Assembly: GCF_018398935.1 (NCBI RefSeq)
Contig: NZ_CP074694.1
Span: 3,150,001-3,182,000, forward strand
From: Telmatocola sphagniphila
GTDB lineage: Bacteria; Planctomycetota; Planctomycetia; Gemmatales; Gemmataceae
Direction of reading: 5' to 3'
Length of the DNA: 32,000 nucleotides
Shown here: positions 25,883 through 32,000 of the stretch, in pieces
Layout: every line of letters begins with the position of its first letter
Numbering within the stretch: the stretch's first letter is position 1
Program-made: the position numbers and the translations under genes
Notes under the pieces: model-generated
What the model was told of the DNA's origin: nothing
The model's input: the letters and a program-made list of their open reading frames with translations, nothing else
Databases searched by the model: none

Positions 25883-27082
25883 TTACTTGATCACGCGGGC
25901 ATCACCCAAGCTGACCTGATTTCCCAAATCGAGCAGTTCCGATTCCACGGTCAGCCTTAAATTTTTGACGTTCTGAATCCCCAGATTCAGCGTCTTAGGC
26001 TCATCTTTCTTCGTGATTTTCTGACTGAAGATCGGCTTGCCATCGGCCTCGATCTTCACGTTGACCACGCTGTCGGCTTCCAGTTCATCATCGACGCCGA
26101 TCACCGCCCGAAACTCCCGGAACCCTTCCACGTCGTAAGTTAGGATCGTTCGAGAAGGAATTGTAAGTCCTTTGGGGAATTTTTCGCGATGCAGAGATAT
26201 TTCCCGGCCATCGAGATTGGTATCCTTGCGAAATCGTTCGACGAATTCATTTGTGGAAGTCGCGACGACACTAGCCGGATCGAGATCGGAAAGGTAGCGG
26301 AGCGTACCCGAACTGAAATCGAGTCGAGCCACATCGGAAAGAGCATAACCAGCAACATCGACGCCGGTCACCGTGCTCCAGGTCAGTTTATCCCCCGCGA
26401 CCTGAATCGCTTTGAGCACGAACAGATTTCCCGATTTATCGATCAGTTTACAGAGCGTGGTCGGCCGCTCGCCCTCAGGGGGTTGATTGAAGATTATCCC
26501 CAGCACGCGGCTCATGCGAATCGGCGAGGATACGCCGCCGGCGATTTCAAACTGAATGGTATCTCCCGTGGCATCGGCTTCCCCGAAGGTCCCCTCGATG
26601 GCGTCGAGATTCTCCCCTTTACGAACCACCATCACATCCCGCTTGCTCCGTTTCCGGACCAGAGTCTGGAAATCGGCCGCCAGCTTCAGAGAGTCGGGTT
26701 CCCGGAAGAGATAATAGACCTGCGAGAGTGGCAATTGAAGCGGCTTGGTGATTGAGGAGTTGTACAACTCCAATTCGATTTTTTTACCTTTGATCTTGTA
26801 CGATTTGACTCGAAACTGGGAGCCGTCGAGCAATTCGATAATCGAAGTCTTTTCCTTGGTGGCTTCCTTGCGAAAGGGAGCAAAGTCGACTTGCAGTATT
26901 TGCGTGATGGGCAAGGAATCGGCCCGCCCGTCGACAGTCATGTCGATTTTTTTATCACCGATCCCCACCAGAACGCAATTGATTTTCTTGCCAGCCGTGG
27001 TAACCAGCTCGGCACCGGGCAGCAGTGTGGGACAAAAACACAAAAGCAGGAAAGGAACCAAGTGTCGAATCTTAGGTGACAT
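25883..27082 (-). CDS. secreted protein: four beta-rich modules of about 60 aa plus a C-terminal NPCBM-like domain
   Basis: Signal peptide 'MSPKIRHLVPFLLLCFCPTLLPGA'. The C-terminal text 'GLTIPSRTILTYDVEGFREFRAVIGVDDE...VVNVKIEADGKPIF...VKNLRLTVES..LGNQVSLGDARV' follows the NPCBM/NEW2 pattern. Confidence 0.65.
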   Translation of the reverse strand: MSPKIRHLVPFLLLCFCPTLLPGAELVTTAGKKINCVLVGIGDKKIDMTVDGRADSLPITQILQVDFAPFRKEATKEKTSIIELLDGSQFRVKSYKIKGKKIELELYNSSITKPLQLPLSQVYYLFREPDSLKLAADFQTLVRKRSKRDVMVVRKGENLDAIEGTFGEADATGDTIQFEIAGGVSSPIRMSRVLGIIFNQPPEGERPTTLCKLIDKSGNLFVLKAIQVAGDKLTWSTVTGVDVAGYALSDVARLDFSSGTLRYLSDLDPASVVATSTNEFVERFRKDTNLDGREISLHREKFPKGLTIPSRTILTYDVEGFREFRAVIGVDDELEADSVVNVKIEADGKPIFSQKITKKDEPKTLNLGIQNVKNLRLTVESELLDLGNQVSLGDARVIK

Positions 27083-27123
27083 GGACGCCCCATTCTACAG
27101 GGTGGGGAGAGAAAAACCGGAAT

Positions 27124-27163
27124 GAAAAAAAGGCTGCCGCTACTAAAGGTCAGCGAGCAGCCT
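27124..27163 (-). terminator. rho-independent terminator separating two minus-strand operons
   Basis: On the minus strand: AGGCTGCTCGCT-(loop)-AGCGGCAGCCT followed by TTTTTTT (A-run 27124-27130 on the + strand), 21 nt after the stop at 27184. Confidence 0.8.
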
Positions 27164-27183
27164 CGTCTTAAATAATGTTCGAA

Positions 27184-28284
27184 TCAGGGCTGGGAGCGAG
27201 CCAGCGACTTAAAGTATTCTTCGATGACGACGCGATACTTCGGCGGCAGGTCCTTGGTCAGATCCATCATCGCCTTGGCTCGTTCCTTCTCGGGCATCTT
27301 CACCCAGTTTTCCTGGAGAGCCTTGAGTTTCTTCTCATCGACCGTGCCCTGGCCCCCGTTGGTGCCACCGAAGGAATCCTGCATCGGATTGGGCCCTTGA
27401 CCCGAACCCGGTTTTTCGCCTGGCTTGCCACCGTTGGGGCAGGAACCGTTGCAGTTGCCTTTGCACTGATTTTCTTTTTCCTTGATCAGTTCATCGAGCC
27501 GGAAGACGATCTTCTTCTGGATGTCCTGAGTCTTCTCGCCACCGCGCGACAATTCCAGACGCCGTTCGACGTTGTCCATCAAGCGAGCGATGTTCGAAAG
27601 ATCTTTTTCTTCGCGCTTCCAGCCTTGAATGTCAACGAACATGATACTCGCCAGCATTTTGTAGCGATCGGGGGCATCGGTCACATCGTCGACCAGTCGG
27701 ACGATCGATTTGACGGCTTCATCCCGCTTGATGGTGGCATGCTCGGCCACGGCTCGGTGGAAGAAGTAGCTGGCCGGATCGACCACCTGTTCGGGGGTCA
27801 CGCCGCGCAGTACTTCCAGAGCCTCTTCGTAAACTCGGGTGGAGCACAGAGCCTTGGCATAAGCCAGACTCAGGTTGGCCCGGAAGAAAGGACTGAGTTT
27901 GGTGTCCTTCAAGAGATCGGGAACCTGCTTGGGAGGATTTTTATCGGAGAGTTTGGCCTCTTCGAGGAGTTTAGCAACTCGGGGGTCGGCCAGCTTGAAT
28001 GTTTCAACGGTTCGGTCCAGAACTGACAGATCGTTATTGGACCAGATTTTGTCTACAGCCGCACCATCCACGCCAGGCATATTTTTCAGCCAGGCTTCGA
28101 CGTTCTTGCGGGCGTTCTCAGGCGTACTGCTTTTCAGACGGCTGAAGGTAAATTCGGGATTGTTTTCACCTGCGATCAGAGCGTTTCCTGTGGAGAAACC
28201 CGCGACCGACAGGAGTGAGGCCGCCACCCAATGACGAATACGCACTTCTCTCTCCCTGTTAATGCGGAATGGGCTTAAGCGCAT
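27184..28284 (-). CDS. exported or membrane-anchored protein of unknown function with a CxxxCxxxC/Gly-rich segment and a conserved-looking C-terminal tail
   Basis: N-terminal hydrophobic segment 'HWVAASLLSVAGFSTGNALIAG'. Helical repeat-like middle region. 'QCKGNCNGSCPNGGKPGEKPGSGQGPN' (about 27437-27469). Tail 'WVKMPEKERAKAMMDLTKDLPPKYRVVIEEYFKSLA'. Confidence 0.65.
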   Translation of the reverse strand: MRLSPFRINREREVRIRHWVAASLLSVAGFSTGNALIAGENNPEFTFSRLKSSTPENARKNVEAWLKNMPGVDGAAVDKIWSNNDLSVLDRTVETFKLADPRVAKLLEEAKLSDKNPPKQVPDLLKDTKLSPFFRANLSLAYAKALCSTRVYEEALEVLRGVTPEQVVDPASYFFHRAVAEHATIKRDEAVKSIVRLVDDVTDAPDRYKMLASIMFVDIQGWKREEKDLSNIARLMDNVERRLELSRGGEKTQDIQKKIVFRLDELIKEKENQCKGNCNGSCPNGGKPGEKPGSGQGPNPMQDSFGGTNGGQGTVDEKKLKALQENWVKMPEKERAKAMMDLTKDLPPKYRVVIEEYFKSLARSQP

Positions 28285-28334
28285 TCCCGTGGACTAATAA
28301 TCGTCAGAATAACTTCTTTCCAGCACAATAGCAA

Positions 28335-29930
28335 CTACTTGTTTTTGCCGGTAGCCATATTTTTTGTCATAGTCCAGATTTTTTCCTGCTTTTCAGCCAG
28401 GTCGTGCAAATCCTTTCTAATGACTTCATCATCTGCCTGCTCCCCTTCAAACTTTCGGGAGTAGGCTTTGGTCCGCTCATTGACGCGGACCTGCAGGGAA
28501 CGGATCAGCTTCAGTTCCGCCAATTCGTTGAGCAGCTTTTGATCCGAAGGAGAGCCGCCTCCTCCACCGCTACCACTACTGCCTTCCTGCTGTTGTTTCT
28601 TCAAAGCCGCAATGATTTCTTTCAGGGCTGCGATGATGTCTTCTTCGATCAATTGCGTCTTATCATCGGTAATCCCCTTTCGAAGACGTTCTTTGACGCT
28701 GATCATATCGCGTCGGACTTCTTCGAAGACATCGGGGAAGGCAACCGCACTCCCCTCCGCCTTGAGGATTTCCAGCACTTTGTCGGCCTCGGCGATGATA
28801 TCCGATTCCTTATCCGACTGTTGCTGGGCCTTTTGGAATTCCAGCTTGGTTGGTTTGCGATCGGCATTCTTCAGCACGATTTGCTGGATGATCTTGGTAT
28901 TCTCGTAAACATCGATCTGCATCGTCAGCATCTTATTGCAGCGTGCTTCGAGTGCGGCCAGGATGCGCTTCAATTCTTCTTCGCGAAGTTGTTTGAGCCG
29001 TTTCTCCAACTCTTCCTGAGCCTTCGTCAATTTGTCTATCGCCTCGGTCTGCTTTTTGGCCGCGTCTTCTTTCTTTTCCTCGCCGAGTTTTTTCGTCGCA
29101 TCCTGCTGATCGGGCACAGCTTTCTGGACCTGATCAGCTCCAGGCGACTTGGGCGGCTGATTTTTCGGCGGAGAGGGCTGACCGGGCTTGGGATCTCCGT
29201 CTTTGGGTTGTCCGGGTTGGCTCGGCTTGGGATCTCCTGGCTTGGGATCGCCTGGTTTCGGATCTCCTGGCTTAGGTTTAGCGTCGCTGGGCTTACTTTC
29301 CGCCCCCATCTTTTTAGCCAATTCGTCCGTTTTCTTGGCGACCTGATCCTGATCCTTGCTCAACCGCTTTTTGTCCGCCCGATCCGATTCGTTCATGGCT
29401 CGCAGCTGCTTCTGATCGCGCAACAAGCCCTTCAGCTCGGCCAGCTGTTTTTCCAGCCGTTCTTTTTCCTCTTTGATGCGAGCCAGTTCATCATCGCTCA
29501 ACAACAGACTCAGGATTTCCCGCAGCGACCGAGCCAGTTCTTCGTTCTGGCCAATCGCCTGCTGTACTTCGTTAATGGAAATATCATTCGACTTGCTGAT
29601 GATGCGAATGAGATTCGAAAACTTGTTCTCGATCGCATCCTTTTCGACGAGATCGATCGCTTTGCGCAGCGTCTTGGCCTTGTCCTTATCCTCAACCCGC
29701 TCGCTCTTCTCATAATTCTGAGCGAGCGTCAGCAAAGCTTTCGAAAACTCCCCAAATTGCCGCTTCAGCTCCTGCTGCCGGGCGACCAGTTCCTTGGAAA
29801 CCGGGTCGGCTTGCGGCGCGGCCGGCGTCGTCGCCGGAGGAGCGGCTTTCGGATTGGGAGGTTGGGCCTGAACCCCCCAGGTTACCAGGCAAAAACCGGC
29901 GGCCAGCCAGACTCGAGCTCGATCGAACAT
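28335..29930 (-). CDS. secreted coiled-coil protein with PGDPK proline-rich repeats and a Gly/Ser low-complexity break
   Basis: Signal peptide 'MFDRARVWLAAGFCLVTWGVQA'. Long E/K/L/Q heptad-like text. 'KPKPGDPKPGDPKPGDPKPSQPGQPKDGDPKPGQP' and 'SSGSGGGGGSPSD'. The full-length antisense ORF is judged an artefact. Confidence 0.7.
   Translation of the reverse strand: MFDRARVWLAAGFCLVTWGVQAQPPNPKAAPPATTPAAPQADPVSKELVARQQELKRQFGEFSKALLTLAQNYEKSERVEDKDKAKTLRKAIDLVEKDAIENKFSNLIRIISKSNDISINEVQQAIGQNEELARSLREILSLLLSDDELARIKEEKERLEKQLAELKGLLRDQKQLRAMNESDRADKKRLSKDQDQVAKKTDELAKKMGAESKPSDAKPKPGDPKPGDPKPGDPKPSQPGQPKDGDPKPGQPSPPKNQPPKSPGADQVQKAVPDQQDATKKLGEEKKEDAAKKQTEAIDKLTKAQEELEKRLKQLREEELKRILAALEARCNKMLTMQIDVYENTKIIQQIVLKNADRKPTKLEFQKAQQQSDKESDIIAEADKVLEILKAEGSAVAFPDVFEEVRRDMISVKERLRKGITDDKTQLIEEDIIAALKEIIAALKKQQQEGSSGSGGGGGSPSDQKLLNELAELKLIRSLQVRVNERTKAYSRKFEGEQADDEVIRKDLHDLAEKQEKIWTMTKNMATGKNK
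29226..29270 (-). repeat. 3 x 15-bp tandem repeat encoding PGDPK units
   Basis: cttgggatctcctgg / cttgggatcgcctgg / tttcggatctcctgg, with a further degenerate copy at 29187-29201. Confidence 0.8.
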
Positions 29931-30014
29931 TGCCGATCTCCATCACAGAGGAGTGTCGAAGCTATGCACACTATAGGACGAATATTGAAACACGTACCAA
30001 CTCTGATCTTCTAA

Positions 30015-32000
30015 TTACTTGACGATTACTTTCAGGAAAGCGATTGGTCCTTTTATCGGAATCAGTTGAACCGTAAACTCGCCTTTCACCTTCCCGGCCG
30101 TGATTTCCACCGAGACATCGGTAGCCTCGTCGCTGAACTTCACCATCGGTGGTACCTTCAAGTCACTTCCCACCGGGACTTCGACCTTGAAGGAGGGATC
30201 ATCGCGGAACAGCGTTCCCAGAATCACTCCCAATTTCACGTTCTGCTTGCCTCCCGCTTCAATTGTAACCGGCGGGGGAACAACCAGCGTGAGATCGTAC
30301 AACTGACTTTGCCGATTCTCCAGAATCCGGTCGAGGCGACGGCGGATATCCTTATCCTGTGCTTCCAGAATTTTCTGCAGAGCGATGATGACCTGTTGAA
30401 TCCCCGTGATTCCGCCCATTTCCTCGCGAACTCGCTTCAACTTGAACAGTACGGCCTCCAGGCGATCCCGCGTGATCTGAACCTGTGCGGCCTGTGGCAA
30501 CTGGAAATTCCCCAGTTCCCCGGCAAAGGCATTCAACGCCTCTTCGGCCGCCGGGAAATCGGCTTTAACGCAACTATCGAGAGGCTTGACAATCTTCTCA
30601 TCCAGCTTGCCGATGAGATTATCGTTGAACCGGTTAAAGCGATACTCTTTGATGATTCGTGTGTAAGCCGTCGATACATCGGTGGCGGTGTCTTTGGTCT
30701 TGGCCAGGGTCTCCAGCAATTCCCCCAGGCGTGTCTGATCGGGCAAAAAGTCGTCCTTCTCCTTGAGCGTATTGAGTCGGGAGGCCACGCCGCTATATTT
30801 CGCCAGCAAGTCTTCCAACCGGCGAATGACTTCATCGAGTTTCAGAGCCAGCCCGGCTTCCTCGCGGGAAATCTCGGCCAGTAATTCCCCCTCGGAGACC
30901 AGTTTGAAGAGGAAAGGTTCCTTATTCAAGGAAACCTTCGGTCCACTCTCCACGTTGGTGTCCGTGGCGGAAATATTCAAAGTGAGCGTATAGGACCTTT
31001 GAGCAACCCTTTCGTCCTTCTCCTCCAGCGATTTGGCATACTTGCGAAGGTCGAAGTAGCTCGTCTCATCAGCTGACTTGAATTTGAAGCTGTTGACAAT
31101 CGGTAACTGGTTCTGCGGCGGCAACGGCTGCTTAATGGCCAATTTCAAGTTCTCCAAGGTCAGCTTTTTAGCCCATTGATTGTACTCTTCCACGAACGCC
31201 GGAACCATTTCATTGATTTCTGAACTCGACTGCACCTGGGAGCGAATGAGCGGCATCGTCGCTTTCAAAACTGTAGCTCGCTGGATCACATCGCCCAAGC
31301 TGGGAATCAGAGGTGTGCTCAAAAACAACGGGGTCACATAGGTCGAACGAGTACCCAGGATAATCGGTGACTCAATCTCGACGTAGGAATAAGTAAACTC
31401 CACCTTCGCAAGACCGTTATCATCGGTGACTTTGCTATCGGTGGAAAAAGGAATGATCGCCTTGGCCGTGCACATGTATTGGCTGCCGACTTTGCGAATC
31501 ACATCGATCACGACATCGACTTCGGGAGCCTTATCTTCAATCGGCGTGATGGAAACCAGACGGCGGCTCTGAACGTTGTCGCGATCGGTAAATTGAATTT
31601 CGAACTCCGTCAATCGAGTGATCAGATTTTTCGTACTGGTCTGGAAACCAAACGTGACCGTTTTGCCATCAGCTCCCACCGGTACGGGAATCGGTTTCGG
31701 CTCGGCATCGATATCCACGCCGGGATATTTGCCCGGTTTGGGGATAATCGCGGCCGAGCTCAATTCCTTATCGACGGTAGCTTTGAATACCACTTCACTG
31801 CCCGCCGGAAGATCGAACTTCGAGCGATCACCTGTCAATGAAACCCCATCGGAGACTTCCTGCTTTAAACCTTTCAGAAGGCTGTAATTCACCAAAAGAG
31901 GAGGCTTAGTGCTATCGTAAGGAGGGGTGTGATACAGGTAGGCCGGGCGATATTCCGTGCGGGTAAATTCCACAATCGATGGCGGCGGTACCAGAGTGAT
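30015..32000 (-). CDS. large envelope/secreted protein of unknown function, C-terminal 661 aa; 5' end lies outside the window
   Basis: The frame stays open through 31974-32000 (…ITLVPPPSIV…), so the GTG at 31973 is probably internal. The N-terminal half is beta-rich, the central part is a long helical region ('EISREEAGLALKLDEVIRRLEDLLAKY…'), and the C-terminal part is a beta-sandwich-like segment. I recognise no catalytic motif. Confidence 0.65.
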   Translation of the reverse strand: MTLVPPPSIVEFTRTEYRPAYLYHTPPYDSTKPPLLVNYSLLKGLKQEVSDGVSLTGDRSKFDLPAGSEVVFKATVDKELSSAAIIPKPGKYPGVDIDAEPKPIPVPVGADGKTVTFGFQTSTKNLITRLTEFEIQFTDRDNVQSRRLVSITPIEDKAPEVDVVIDVIRKVGSQYMCTAKAIIPFSTDSKVTDDNGLAKVEFTYSYVEIESPIILGTRSTYVTPLFLSTPLIPSLGDVIQRATVLKATMPLIRSQVQSSSEINEMVPAFVEEYNQWAKKLTLENLKLAIKQPLPPQNQLPIVNSFKFKSADETSYFDLRKYAKSLEEKDERVAQRSYTLTLNISATDTNVESGPKVSLNKEPFLFKLVSEGELLAEISREEAGLALKLDEVIRRLEDLLAKYSGVASRLNTLKEKDDFLPDQTRLGELLETLAKTKDTATDVSTAYTRIIKEYRFNRFNDNLIGKLDEKIVKPLDSCVKADFPAAEEALNAFAGELGNFQLPQAAQVQITRDRLEAVLFKLKRVREEMGGITGIQQVIIALQKILEAQDKDIRRRLDRILENRQSQLYDLTLVVPPPVTIEAGGKQNVKLGVILGTLFRDDPSFKVEVPVGSDLKVPPMVKFSDEATDVSVEITAGKVKGEFTVQLIPIKGPIAFLKVIVK

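Noticed and set aside
359-26755. Other long antisense or out-of-frame ORFs in the track, for example 359-1123(-), 4104-4973(-), 9720-10481(-), 12066-12650(+), 14130-15044(-), 22067-22807(+), 23160-23801(+), 24235-24756(+) and 26189-26755(+).
   Set aside because: Each lies fully inside a gene with strong family-level motifs on the opposite strand or in another frame. None shows recognisable motifs, and their compositions are typical of GC-skewed shadow ORFs.
27170-27190. GTTCGAATC motif resembling a tRNA T-loop.
   Set aside because: There is no flanking T-stem complementarity, no acceptor or anticodon arms, and it overlaps the stop region of a CDS.
27175-28026. 283-aa + strand ORF antisense to the 366-aa gene.
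   Set aside because: The same shadow-ORF logic applies. There is no start context, the composition is odd, and the minus-strand frame is followed by a proper terminator.
28404-30014. 536-aa + strand ORF covering the whole 531-aa minus-strand gene.
   Set aside because: Its translation is L/F/R/G-rich, typical of the reverse complement of E/K/L-rich coiled-coil codons (GAA/AAG/CTG give no antisense stops). The minus-strand frame has a signal peptide, coherent heptad text and repeat structure. I treat the + ORF as a shadow ORF.
1-32000. Search for CRISPR arrays, IS elements or transposases, integrases, and long terminal or inverted repeats.
   Set aside because: I saw no spaced direct-repeat arrays and no transposase- or integrase-like ORFs. 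The only repeats found are short intragenic low-complexity repeats (13722-13830 and 29226-29270). A by-eye scan cannot exclude diverged long-range repeats.

Overview
The window is densely coding on both strands. Sampled 60-nt lines run about 50-57% G+C. I found no rRNA, tRNA, CRISPR array, transposase or integrase. The gene content looks like a Planctomycetota-type chromosome, which is an inference: a Tat-signal xylose-isomerase-like TIM barrel, tandem DUF1080, Gfo/Idh/MocA, an ECF sigma factor, Uma2, and many signal-peptide proteins with trypsin-like/PDZ domains. Left third (+ strand): a partial G3E-like GTPase, an arginase-fold protein and a Tat-exported TIM barrel. These are followed by an RND efflux pair with no outer-membrane factor, whose permease carries an extra hydrophobic insert of about 85 aa. 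Next come an ECF sigma/anti-sigma pair, an AT-shifted secreted gene with TolC-like helices, and a tandem DUF1080 protein. Middle: priA, a secreted Gly/Tyr/Arg low-complexity protein, an oxidoreductase, Uma2, an M20D amidohydrolase, znuA-znuC without a permease, a stand-alone HNH protein, and a secreted YegP-like protein. Right third (20.6-32 kb, all minus strand): two consecutive operons encoding only signal-peptide proteins, separated by a clear terminator. The upstream operon runs off the window and encodes three coiled-coil/low-complexity proteins with no recognisable catalytic domain. The downstream operon encodes a beta-repeat/NPCBM-like protein, one intact HtrA-like protease and two paralogues with degenerate catalytic triads; one of these is fused to an esterase-like domain with an atypical nucleophile elbow. 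This 11-kb envelope-directed block is my best candidate for an undescribed system. All family calls come from by-eye motif recognition and need HMM or structure confirmation.
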